Shown here in pieces: positions 46,255 through 55,948 of a stretch of 64,000 nucleotides of DNA; position 1 is the stretch's first letter, and each line of letters begins with the position of its first letter. A program made the position numbers and the translations under genes. The notes beneath the pieces are model-generated. The model was given only the letters and a program-made list of their open reading frames with translations. It did no database searches and was not told the origin of the DNA. Source of the DNA: Bacteroidales bacterium (lineage in GTDB: Bacteria; Bacteroidota; Bacteroidia; Bacteroidales; WCHB1-69); assembly GCA_017551725.1 (NCBI GenBank), contig JAFZKY010000014.1:2721-66720 (forward strand), written 5' to 3'.

Positions 46255-47529
46255 ATGGAAAAATACAGGAAAAGAGTTGCCGACAAGCTATTGAAAGAGC
46301 AATTGGAATCTGCAGGTGTCGTACTTATCCAAGGTGCAAAATGGTGCGGGAAAACGACTACAGCTGAGAATATGGCTGCAAGTGTTTTGTACATGGATAA
46401 CCCAAGCACTATTCGATCCAACTTGATGCTTGCGGAGAATGACCCCGAATTTTTACTGCAAGGGGAAACTCCAAGATTGATAGATGAGTGGCAGCTTGCA
46501 CCACAACTTTGGGACACCGCCAGATTCGTTGTCAGCCATAGAGGAAAGCCGGGACAGTTGATATTTACAGGTTCCGCCGTGCCGGCTGACATGAGTAAGG
46601 TCACCCATTCGGGCACAGGACGTTTCGCTTGGCTGACTATGCGCCCAATGACTCTGTGGGAATCAGGGGAATCAAACGGAAGCGTGAGCTTGGATAGTCT
46701 CTTTTCTGATTCTTTCAAATCTGTTGCTGCTACCAACATGCATCTGGAAGAGCTGGCTTTCATTCTTTGCCGTGGAGGATGGCCGGGCACATTGGAGTTG
46801 GAACATCAAGCGGCGCTGCGTCAAGCAATCAACTACATAGAAGCTGTTTGTCATAGCGATATATCCCGTGCTGACAATGTGTCCCGAGATGCTGATTTTG
46901 CTTTGCGATTGATGCGTTCATACGCCCGTCATCAAGGAAGCCAAATATCCAACAGTATGATATACAAAGATTTGGTTTCCAATGAGGATGGCTCTATGTC
47001 AGAAGAAACAATCTCCGCGTATCTTACTGCTTTGAAAAAAATATTTGTTATAGAGGATATGCCTGCTTGGAATCCGAATTTGCGTTCAAAAACAGCCATA
47101 CGGACTTCTGATACCCGGTATTTCGTGGATCCCTCAATCGCAGCCGCCGCATTGGGTCTTGGTCCACAGGATTTGATGTACGATCTCAACACATACGGCT
47201 TGCTGTTTGAAACAATGGCAGTACGAGACTTGCGAGTGTATGCCGAATCCCTTGACGGGCGTGTTTATCACTACCGCGACCATAATGGGTTGGAGTGCGA
47301 TACCGTGATACATCTCCGTAATGGACATTATGGATTGATAGAAATCAAATTAGGTGGCGATACGCTGATAGACGAAGGAGCCCAAACCTTGAAGAAACTG
47401 GCTGCCAAAATCGATACGACACGTATGCATACTCCATCGTTCCTAATGGTGCTGACTGCTGTTGGCGCATACGCCTACCAGCGGCCTGATGGCGTATTAG
47501 TGGTGCCCATCACCTGTTTGAGAGACTAA
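46255..47529 (+). CDS. AAA_14-type ATPase with DUF4143 C-terminal domain
   Basis: Walker A is GAKWCGKTT and Walker B is RLIDEWQ. The 424-aa architecture is typical of this widespread family. Confidence 0.8.
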   Translation: MEKYRKRVADKLLKEQLESAGVVLIQGAKWCGKTTTAENMAASVLYMDNPSTIRSNLMLAENDPEFLLQGETPRLIDEWQLAPQLWDTARFVVSHRGKPGQLIFTGSAVPADMSKVTHSGTGRFAWLTMRPMTLWESGESNGSVSLDSLFSDSFKSVAATNMHLEELAFILCRGGWPGTLELEHQAALRQAINYIEAVCHSDISRADNVSRDADFALRLMRSYARHQGSQISNSMIYKDLVSNEDGSMSEETISAYLTALKKIFVIEDMPAWNPNLRSKTAIRTSDTRYFVDPSIAAAALGLGPQDLMYDLNTYGLLFETMAVRDLRVYAESLDGRVYHYRDHNGLECDTVIHLRNGHYGLIEIKLGGDTLIDEGAQTLKKLAAKIDTTRMHTPSFLMVLTAVGAYAYQRPDGVLVVPITCLRD

Positions 47530-47842
47530 AGTCCGATTTTTTCCTGTACCCCAAAAAAGTACTATTTTTGCCAGCGAAAAAAGTGTTCAACCCAGCGTTC
47601 AAGGGGGTCAAAATTTAAAATGCAAATAAATGATTATCAGTATAATAACAACCATTCTCAATTTTCGTTTTCCGCTCTGAAAAGCATCCTCAAAGGATGC
47701 TTTTTTTGTGTGCGCAGGTTTTTGAAAGCAACTGATACGCCGATACAATGCCGCCAAAACAAAAATTATTGTTTTTTTCATGAGTATATTTTCGGCAAAA
47801 ATAAAAAAATTACTTTTGCCACACCAATCAAATCTTAATAAG

Positions 47843-48922
47843 ATGAAGAAAGTTATACCCATATTCTTATTGTTCTGCGTCTTGACCGGATGGGCGCAGG
47901 GTCCGCAACTTAAAACCGTGGTGATTCTGGATCCAGCCACTCCATCACCTCGTTCTGAAGGCTTGATTACCACGCAGTGGACGCAGGGTTATCCATACAA
48001 TCTTTTTTGTCCAAGAGACCCGCAAAACGGCTACACCTATTGTCCTTCAGGGTGCCCCGCTATTGCTATGGGACAAATAATCAATTATTTGCGGACGACA
48101 CAAAACACTCGCTTTACGGATGGTGACGACTATTACCATCATTATGCCGGTCGCAACTACTATATTGATGACGATTGGGAAACTTTGCAATTTCTGTCCT
48201 TCCCGCAGTTGAACGTGTTGTTGGATTCCGTTGATGCCACTTTCCTGCGCGGGGAGGAGCTTTCCGACTCCCTGATGGCCGCCGTGGTTTTTGCCTGCGG
48301 CACGGCCTGTACGCAAATCTATACTTCGGATGTGTCCGGCACCTTTGCCGTGGATCAGGCGTTCGCGGCCTACCAACGGTTCGGTTTTACGGACTGTCAG
48401 CTGTTTCGGGAGCCCGATTCATTAATGTATGCCACGTTGATTGCCAATATAAAAGCCGGTTATCCTGCCCACCTGGCCGTTGAAAACCAAGCCGGAACAA
48501 CTGGACACAACGTCGTGGTCGATGGCTATCGCGAAAGTGATGGAAAATTCCATGTCAACTTTGGTTGGGGTGGCAACAAGGACAATTGGTACAAACTCCC
48601 CGATCCTAACGGTTTTTCTTACGGGTGGACAAAGATAGAAGGCATTATTTTGAACATCATCCCCACATCTACTGCACTTGTTCACGAACCCTCCCGCCAA
48701 CAGCCGCTTGAGGTTTATCCCAACCCCGTTTCCGATGTTCTTTATCTGAAGAACCTTCCTTGCGAAGTGGCGGATTATGCCATCTTTGATGTCTTGGGCC
48801 AAAGGGTAACGGCGGGTTCCACCGATGGAAGCATTTCCGTTGCAGGTTTGAAAAAGGGCGTCTATGTTTTGCAGATTCAAGGGGGGAAAAAACTTAAAAC
48901 AACGAAGTTCATTGTGAAATAA
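47843..48922 (+). CDS. C10-family (streptopain-like) cysteine peptidase with T9SS C-terminal domain
   Basis: A signal peptide is present. The Cys block is SGCPAIAMGQIINYL and the His block is GHNVVVDGY. The C-terminus has VYPNPVSDVLYL...GVYVLQI. Confidence 0.65.
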   Translation: MKKVIPIFLLFCVLTGWAQGPQLKTVVILDPATPSPRSEGLITTQWTQGYPYNLFCPRDPQNGYTYCPSGCPAIAMGQIINYLRTTQNTRFTDGDDYYHHYAGRNYYIDDDWETLQFLSFPQLNVLLDSVDATFLRGEELSDSLMAAVVFACGTACTQIYTSDVSGTFAVDQAFAAYQRFGFTDCQLFREPDSLMYATLIANIKAGYPAHLAVENQAGTTGHNVVVDGYRESDGKFHVNFGWGGNKDNWYKLPDPNGFSYGWTKIEGIILNIIPTSTALVHEPSRQQPLEVYPNPVSDVLYLKNLPCEVADYAIFDVLGQRVTAGSTDGSISVAGLKKGVYVLQIQGGKKLKTTKFIVK

Positions 48923-49004
48923 TCCGAATCGGCTGAAAAGCCGCACATGGCGGGACAGTCTGCAAAAAATTCCGCAGACAGCTTTATATTTAAAATGTAG
49001 AATC

Positions 49005-50273
49005 TTAAGGTTCCAAGATTTCCTGCCCACGACAGAATCGATGGGCTATCTGGCGGTCGTCTCCTAAATAGATGTAGCGCTCCAGACGCTCTAGCAACGA
49101 ATAATCACTGTGGTTTAGGTCGCGGTCGTCGATAACGAGGGCGTCGAACTCGTAACCGGGCTCGAAGCTGCCCACCTGGCCGAAGAAGCTCCCCGCCGAC
49201 TTTGTGGCCATCCAAAACGCTTCCGACAAGGTGAGGAATCGCCGCTCGTGATTGCGCTGATAGTGCAGCTTGCTCATCTGGATAGCATAGACCATGATCC
49301 GGAAGATGTTCAGGTCGTGGCCGCCGCTGACGTCGCTGCCGAGTCCCACACGCAACCCCTCCTCAAGAAGCTTTCGGATGGGCGCAATGCCTGTCGATAC
49401 GTTGAGGTTCGATGTAGGGCAGTGGGCCACCATCACTTTATTTCGTTTCAACAGCTCCAACTCCTCGCCCTCCGTGAATACACAGTGGGCCATCACAGTA
49501 GGAGTTTGTCCCAAAAGACCATAGCGGTTGTAGGCGTCGCCGTAGCAGGTGCTTTCCGGCTCCAACGACTGCACCAAGGCTATCTCATCCCTGTTCTCGG
49601 AGAGGTGCGACTGCACGGGCAACCGGTACTTGGCCACCAGTTCGCCACAGGCACGGAGCATCTCCGGCGTACACGACGGGATGAAGCGGGGCGTGACAAT
49701 CGGACGCACCAGCGCTTCCGGCTTGTTGAATTCCGCTATCAGTGACTCATAGCCTTTTACCATTGCCTCCACCGACTCGGAGAGTCCCTCGGGACAGTTG
49801 CGGTTCATGGCCACCTTGCCCACCAGCGCCCCTATGCCGGCTTCCTGAAAGAGACGCATCAGCAGGCGAGTGCTTTCCGTGTGGATGGTGGCAAACACGC
49901 AGGCACGCATGGTGCCGAAGCGCCACAGGTCGCGCACGAAGCGGCGGTACATACGCTCGGCATAGTCCGTGTCGGCATACTTCATCTCTTCGGGGAAAGT
50001 GTAGTTCTGGAGCCACGGCAGCAGTTCCAAGTCCATGGCGATACCCTGGTTGCGGTACTGCGGGGCATGCACATGCAGGTCGTTCATGGCGGGAATCAGC
50101 AGGCGGTCGCCGAAGTCAACGACCTCGGCATCCGCACAATTCAGCGATGGCAGATCTGTCGCCACGGCAATCACACGCCCGTTGACATTCACGGCAAGAT
50201 AGCCGTTCTCCAACACCTCGAAACGGTTTTGCTCTTTCGTGTAGAGAATATGAGCTTTATAAACCTTCTTCAT
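49005..50273 (-). CDS. guaD: Guanine deaminase (amidohydrolase superfamily)
   Basis: Metal motif DLHVHAPQY is present, with HLSEN and AHCV blocks. The ATG at 50273 was chosen. Confidence 0.8.
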   Translation of the reverse strand: MKKVYKAHILYTKEQNRFEVLENGYLAVNVNGRVIAVATDLPSLNCADAEVVDFGDRLLIPAMNDLHVHAPQYRNQGIAMDLELLPWLQNYTFPEEMKYADTDYAERMYRRFVRDLWRFGTMRACVFATIHTESTRLLMRLFQEAGIGALVGKVAMNRNCPEGLSESVEAMVKGYESLIAEFNKPEALVRPIVTPRFIPSCTPEMLRACGELVAKYRLPVQSHLSENRDEIALVQSLEPESTCYGDAYNRYGLLGQTPTVMAHCVFTEGEELELLKRNKVMVAHCPTSNLNVSTGIAPIRKLLEEGLRVGLGSDVSGGHDLNIFRIMVYAIQMSKLHYQRNHERRFLTLSEAFWMATKSAGSFFGQVGSFEPGYEFDALVIDDRDLNHSDYSLLERLERYIYLGDDRQIAHRFCRGQEILEP

Positions 50274-50354
50274 AATATGGTTTTTCTTTTCCGCAAAAAT
50301 ACATTTTTCAATTGAAAAAAGATTATTTTTGTACACCCATTCAAAAGACCAACA

Positions 50355-52001
50355 ATGAAAAGACATTTACTCTCCTTGCTTTTCGTATTTGTGTGTGCGG
50401 CGGCTTTGGCACAGACCGTTACCATCACCTTTACGGCGCAGGATGCCGTTTCCCAATACGTGCAACTCGACAGTGTGGTAGTCAAGAACTTAACGCAACA
50501 CTGGCAGGAAACCGTCTGGTGGCCAGACACGGTGCTGACTGTCAATGCAACGAGAATAGACAACCACGGCAAAGTTGAGGAGTTTGCCCTGTTGCAGAAC
50601 CATCCGAACCCATGCGGCGGAGTCACAGATGTGCGGGTGATGCTGCCGGAGGAGGGACCGCTGTTTTTGGAAATCACGAACATGCATGGGAAAATCACAG
50701 GAAGATTTCACCAAAAAGATCTTCCGGCTGGCACGCACCAGTTTCGTGTCACTCTCCCCGCGGCCGGCACGTACGTGATGACCGCACGGCACAACAGCAA
50801 AAGCAGCAGTATCAAGATGAGCTGCAACCGCGGCGGAGGTTCCAGTACCATAGTCTATTTGGGTGCGGGCTCTTTGTTCACTTACGAGTTGAAATTGACC
50901 ACCGCCCATCCGTTCAACTATTATGACAGGGTGGAGTGTGTGGGCTATGCACACATCAACAACGTGACGGCGGAGAGCCAACATATCACGGAAACACCGT
51001 TTGTAACCAAAACCATCACGCTGCCTTTTTCGGAAACACAGTATTCGTTGCCAACGGTGGTTACCGATTCGGTGTACGATATTACGCTCACCTCGGCCAT
51101 TGGCAGTGGTAATGTGACATCCGACGGATTAACTCCCCTCTTGGCTGTTGGCTTGTGCTGGAGCACCTCGCCCAATCCCACAATCAACGACAATCACACG
51201 GAAGAGGGCAACAGTTTGGGCTATTTCACCAGCAACATCACCGGGCTGACAGACTCCACCACCTATTATGTGCGGGCATACGCCACGAACAGCGTGGGCA
51301 CGGCGTATGGCAATGAGATGAGCTTCGCCACACCGGCACCGTTTCACTGCGGGATAGATACGCTTATCGACGTTGACGGCAACCGATACAATACATTGCA
51401 ATTGGGCAACCAGTGCTGGATGAAGGAAAATCTTCGTACCACGAGATATGCCGACGGCACCCTCATACCACAGGCTTTTGCAACGGCTTTGGATGGTGCC
51501 TATTGGCATTTGACGTACGACACCGCAACCCTATACGGACTCCTATACAGTTGGCCGGCGGTGGTGAGGGATCCATCATCTGCAGGTTCACAGACTATCG
51601 TACAAGGAATCTGTCCCACAGGATGGCACGTGCCTTCCGTAAACGAGTGTTATCAGCTTAGTAATTATGTGGGAAGCCAAAGCCAATATACGTGTAACAA
51701 CAATCAATCTTATGTAGCCAAAGCATTAGCGTCCACTAAAGAATGGTACACGATAAGCACTACCTGCGCCGTGGGTAATGATCCCTCCTCAAACAATGCA
51801 ACGGGCTTTGGTGCAATGCCAGCCGGTTGTTTCCATGTCCATAACTGTTTTTATGATTTATATTGTGGCGCATACTTCTGGACCACAGATTGCTACTCCG
51901 GTCAGTCTTACATTATGAGTTTGACTATGGGTAGTGCCTATGTCAATATGTATTGGCGAGATAGAAATAACGCGTATTCAGTCCGTTGTCTTCTGGATTA
52001 G
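50355..52001 (+). CDS. Secreted protein with Fib_succ_major (FISH) C-terminal domain
   Basis: It has a signal peptide, then DGNRYNTLQLGNQCWMKENL and GWHVPS, hallmarks of TIGR02145-type domains. Confidence 0.7.
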   Translation: MKRHLLSLLFVFVCAAALAQTVTITFTAQDAVSQYVQLDSVVVKNLTQHWQETVWWPDTVLTVNATRIDNHGKVEEFALLQNHPNPCGGVTDVRVMLPEEGPLFLEITNMHGKITGRFHQKDLPAGTHQFRVTLPAAGTYVMTARHNSKSSSIKMSCNRGGGSSTIVYLGAGSLFTYELKLTTAHPFNYYDRVECVGYAHINNVTAESQHITETPFVTKTITLPFSETQYSLPTVVTDSVYDITLTSAIGSGNVTSDGLTPLLAVGLCWSTSPNPTINDNHTEEGNSLGYFTSNITGLTDSTTYYVRAYATNSVGTAYGNEMSFATPAPFHCGIDTLIDVDGNRYNTLQLGNQCWMKENLRTTRYADGTLIPQAFATALDGAYWHLTYDTATLYGLLYSWPAVVRDPSSAGSQTIVQGICPTGWHVPSVNECYQLSNYVGSQSQYTCNNNQSYVAKALASTKEWYTISTTCAVGNDPSSNNATGFGAMPAGCFHVHNCFYDLYCGAYFWTTDCYSGQSYIMSLTMGSAYVNMYWRDRNNAYSVRCLLD

Positions 52002-52045
52002 ATGACAATTAGGATTGGTGTTAACCATATAGGCGTACTGCCACA

Positions 52046-53110
52046 CTAAATATCCCGCCCGTCTTTTTTGAGCAGTCGTTTCACCTTGCGGTAACGCCGG
52101 TTCAGCCAGTTTTCTATCTTCTCGTTTTCAATCTCTGGGGCATCCGGAGCCACATCCTTGCGCCTTTTCGAGCTGGAAAACCGTATATATGCCCCGATGT
52201 GCCGTCTCTTCTTTTCGTGGTAGATTTCATCGAACGGAATAAGCACGGCAGAGTCCTCTATGTTGTGCATCAGGCGGTTCACCGCCGTGCCGAACATGTG
52301 CATTTGGGAGGTGATGGAAATATACGCCGTCACATTGGGCGGGACGTTCACGCCTCTCAATCTGGCCGCCGCCTTGAGCAACTTGTAATCTTCCGCAAGG
52401 TCATCTTTGTTCAGAATCAGATCCATCAATTCGGGATTGGAATCCGGCAGCAGCGTCTGGTCGTCCCACGGGCGCACAAGCTTGTCCTTGTCGCCAAAAT
52501 GCTTCCAGAGGAAATGGTAGATCAAATCCCGGGTGATATGGTCGTAGGAGGGATAAATGGTTATCTTGCCAAAATAATAGAGCAAGTGCGGATTTTTCAT
52601 GATGATGGCCACCAAGCCATCCCATAGATTGTCCATGGCGAAAATGGACTTTGCACCATTCTTGGAACTCTGGTATGCCGGAGCCACGAAGTTGCGTCCA
52701 AGTTCCAAGACGTGCGGCAGGTACTCATCGATGAACTTCTGGGAAAAGTGGAACTGATGGGCACTTGCCATGACCGGCTGATCGTATTCGTCAAATGTTG
52801 CATCCGAGCCGAAAAAGAAACGGTAGCCACCGACAATCGCCTCATTGTCCGGATCCCATACAATCAGCTGCTTATAGGGATTTTCCATCATGTCATACTC
52901 ATCCAGATCCACCTCATTGCCCGTGGAGCCGCCGGCTTCGCGGAATGTCAGCTCCCGAAGCCTTCCGATTTCGGTGACCACATTGGGAGAATCGTGCCAG
53001 GTGACGATGTAAAGCTCGTTGTGTCCTTTGTTCGTATCCTCCAGTTTTTTGGATTTGGTGAGTTCTGCTTTTAGCAGTTTGACAGGTACAGGGTCAATTA
53101 TGGTATTCAT
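52046..53110 (-). CDS. GNAT-family N-acyltransferase, OlsB/GlsB-like (hemolysin-like)
   Basis: It shows an Acetyltransf_5-like N-terminal block (IGRLRELTFREAGG). It is coupled 14 nt downstream of an LPLAT acyltransferase gene. Confidence 0.65.
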   Translation of the reverse strand: MNTIIDPVPVKLLKAELTKSKKLEDTNKGHNELYIVTWHDSPNVVTEIGRLRELTFREAGGSTGNEVDLDEYDMMENPYKQLIVWDPDNEAIVGGYRFFFGSDATFDEYDQPVMASAHQFHFSQKFIDEYLPHVLELGRNFVAPAYQSSKNGAKSIFAMDNLWDGLVAIIMKNPHLLYYFGKITIYPSYDHITRDLIYHFLWKHFGDKDKLVRPWDDQTLLPDSNPELMDLILNKDDLAEDYKLLKAAARLRGVNVPPNVTAYISITSQMHMFGTAVNRLMHNIEDSAVLIPFDEIYHEKKRRHIGAYIRFSSSKRRKDVAPDAPEIENEKIENWLNRRYRKVKRLLKKDGRDI

Positions 53111-53124
53111 TGTAAAAGAAATTG

Positions 53125-53982
53125 TCAATCAATGCTGGATGGCCAAGGATTGGAAACAATGCCCGCCATGTCAAGCATGGCCTTGTGGGCAAGGTCGCGT
53201 ATCCGTGCCGCCTCTTCCTTTCGGGATGCGTCGGGGTTAGGCACGATGGGGTCGCCCACATGGATGGTAACCAGAGGGCCGTATTTGCTGAAGAGTCGGC
53301 GCCATCCGGTGCGGGGCCTGAACGAGATTACCATCGGAAGCACAGGAAGTGCATACCGGCAGGCCATGTTGAAAGCCCCTATCTTGAAAGGCCGGAGCGG
53401 AGCATAGTTGTACCAGCTGCAGCTTTCAGGGAAGATGTGCAACCATCGTTTGCGGGAATGTAGCTCGTCAATGGCCTGGTCGAACTTCCGTAATCCTTTG
53501 AAGTTATCCGGAATGGCAATGCCGCCGATGTGTTTCATGAGAAATCCGTCCTTGCCGTTGAAGGCCTGGGCGTACATGGGAATCCATGCCTGGCGGTAGC
53601 GCATCGCCTGCAACACGCAAATCATGTCCCACCGGTGAACGTGGTTGCAGACGGTCATCATGCCGTTGGCGAAGAGCTTGCGGTTTTTCCGGATTTTCTC
53701 ACGGCCTTCGATTTTAAGGCCAAAGCGGATACGGTTCAGAGGGAAAGCCGCAACCCAGGTGGTGAGATAAATGAGGAAATGCCATATTTTGAACTTCAGC
53801 GATTTGTCAAGATAGGGATACGTTTCGTCAAATTTCAGATCCTGGACTTTTCCGCGTATGGGAGTCATTCTTGTGAACGGATTGTCACCGGGAAATTCCG
53901 CTGCCGGTTCCGGCACATACACTCCCTCCTTAACTTGGAAGTCGCGATACGCCGGGCCAAATGAAGAGTAATCCTTTACCAT
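53125..53982 (-). CDS. Lysophospholipid acyltransferase family protein (OlsA/GlsA-like)
   Basis: HX4D motif NHVHRWD is present, plus an FPE block (IFPESC). Confidence 0.75.
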   Translation of the reverse strand: MVKDYSSFGPAYRDFQVKEGVYVPEPAAEFPGDNPFTRMTPIRGKVQDLKFDETYPYLDKSLKFKIWHFLIYLTTWVAAFPLNRIRFGLKIEGREKIRKNRKLFANGMMTVCNHVHRWDMICVLQAMRYRQAWIPMYAQAFNGKDGFLMKHIGGIAIPDNFKGLRKFDQAIDELHSRKRWLHIFPESCSWYNYAPLRPFKIGAFNMACRYALPVLPMVISFRPRTGWRRLFSKYGPLVTIHVGDPIVPNPDASRKEEAARIRDLAHKAMLDMAGIVSNPWPSSID

Positions 53983-54218
53983 ACTAAGTTTTTCAATGCG
54001 GTTACGAACGCAAAAAGCGTCCGCAACGAACTTGCAAAATTAGCAAAGTTTTTTTGAAATTCAACATGCCAGTATTTTTTTTGTCGGGTTTTCATGTCCA
54101 CCGATCCTGAAAAAGCAATAGCACTTATGTGTATCTGTTCCTGAATTTGGGCACGAAAAATATCATTAGAACACTCCGCATTTTTTTGCTACTTTTGCAG
54201 TCTCTTAACAGTAACACA

Positions 54219-55898
54219 ATGAAGAAACTAATCGCCTGCCTGTTTTTCGGCATTATCGCCTATACAGCATACGCCCAAAACGAGACTCATACGTACCGGG
54301 ACTTGCCATACCAGGCCACCTCCGAGGAGCAACGGATGCTGCCCACATGGTACGAGCATGTGCGCTCCACCACGCCTCCGCCCGGACCCGTGACGGCCAT
54401 TTCGGAGTTCCAACCCATGAGCGGTGTAATGGTGGCTTACCCCGGCAGATTCGGCGTGCCGATGAGCCTCTTGCGCGAAATCTCGCAAATAGCCCAATTG
54501 AAGGTGCTTGTCTATCCCGCCTCCGACAGCAACACCGTGAAGTCGCTGCTGACCTCCAACGGAGCCAACATGGCCAACGTCAAATACTGGGTCATCAACC
54601 ACGACAGTTACTGGACCCGCGACTACGGCCCGTGGTTCATCCTCGACGGCAACGACCAAATCAGCGTGGTGGACTTCACCTACAACCGGCCTTCACGCCC
54701 GTACGACGATGCAGCCATGATACAGGTTGCCAACAAGATGCAAGTTAACCGCTACGAGATGCCCCTGGTACACACCGGCGGCAACTATATGGTGAACGGC
54801 TACGGCACCGCCGCCTCCACCGATCTGGTAGAAGAAGAAAACAACAATCTGTCCACCGCCGACATCCAGACTTTGGTCAGCAATTACCTTGGCATTGACG
54901 ACTACATGCTGTTCCCGGACCCACAGGGTGAATATATCGCACATGTTGACTGCTGGGGCAAATTCTTAGGGGTGGACAAAGTACTCATCGCGCAGGTATC
55001 CACTACCAACTCGAACTATAACAAATATGAAGAGATCGCAAACACATTTGCAAACTCATTTTCCCCTTGGGGCAACCGTTATCAAGTGTTCCGCATTTAC
55101 ATGCCCAGCACTGGTTCCAAAGCCACGCCATATACCAACTCCCTGATTCTGAACGACCACGTGTTTGTGCCGATTACCGGTTCGCAATGGGACAACGATG
55201 CCATCGCCACCTACGAGCAGGCCATGCCGGGCTATACCATCGTGCCCGTCATGCAAAGCAACATGACACCCTGGCTGAACACCGATGCCCTGCACTGCCG
55301 CACGCACGAGCTGGCCGATGTGGGGATGCTCTACATCCGCCACTACCCTGTGCTGGGTTCGCAAAGTGCCAGCAGTCCCATTGAAATCACCGCCGAAATC
55401 AAGGCGTTGAGCGGACAGTCTTTCGTGTGCGACTCGCTGCTTATCTATTTCCGCATCAATAACGGCAACTGGCAAAACACCCAGCTCGACCTTGTCAGCG
55501 GAGACCAATTCCGGGGCCAACTCAACGTGCAACCCGGCGACGAAGTGGACTATTACCTCTTCGCCAAGGATCAGTCGGGACGGCGGGAGTGCCATCCTTA
55601 CATCGGGGCTGCCGACCCGCACCATTTTTCTGTCGCGCCCCTCGGCATACAATCATCCATCGATGAAAAAGTCGCCGCCTACCCGAACCCATGCACCAAC
55701 TGGCTCGTCCTCCAGCACGCACAAGGCAAACTCTCCACGATCCGCGTGACCGACATCTATGGGCGGATTATTCTGGAAGAATCCTGCCTCGACGACCGCA
55801 CCTATCTTAACACTGCTCATTGGACACCCGGCGTGTATATGGTCACCATCACCGACCAAGCGGGGCGAACTTGCACGAAAAAAATCATCAAAAAATAA
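54219..55898 (+). CDS. Porphyromonas-type peptidylarginine deiminase / agmatine deiminase family protein with T9SS C-terminal domain
   Basis: Contains DSYWTRDYGPWF, HVDCWGK and TDALHCRTHE (catalytic Cys block). The C-terminus has YPNPCTNWLVL...GVYMVTI...KKIIKK. Confidence 0.8.
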   Translation: MKKLIACLFFGIIAYTAYAQNETHTYRDLPYQATSEEQRMLPTWYEHVRSTTPPPGPVTAISEFQPMSGVMVAYPGRFGVPMSLLREISQIAQLKVLVYPASDSNTVKSLLTSNGANMANVKYWVINHDSYWTRDYGPWFILDGNDQISVVDFTYNRPSRPYDDAAMIQVANKMQVNRYEMPLVHTGGNYMVNGYGTAASTDLVEEENNNLSTADIQTLVSNYLGIDDYMLFPDPQGEYIAHVDCWGKFLGVDKVLIAQVSTTNSNYNKYEEIANTFANSFSPWGNRYQVFRIYMPSTGSKATPYTNSLILNDHVFVPITGSQWDNDAIATYEQAMPGYTIVPVMQSNMTPWLNTDALHCRTHELADVGMLYIRHYPVLGSQSASSPIEITAEIKALSGQSFVCDSLLIYFRINNGNWQNTQLDLVSGDQFRGQLNVQPGDEVDYYLFAKDQSGRRECHPYIGAADPHHFSVAPLGIQSSIDEKVAAYPNPCTNWLVLQHAQGKLSTIRVTDIYGRIILEESCLDDRTYLNTAHWTPGVYMVTITDQAGRTCTKKIIKK

Positions 55899-55948
55899 GA
55901 TTCTGTCTCTTTTTTCCTCATCATTAAACAAATTATAATACAACACCT

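Noticed and set aside
47620-47838. 72-aa ORF (MQINDYQYNN...)
   Set aside because: It reads through a clear hairpin terminator and into the promoter region of the peptidase gene. It is more likely non-coding; see the sRNA candidate.
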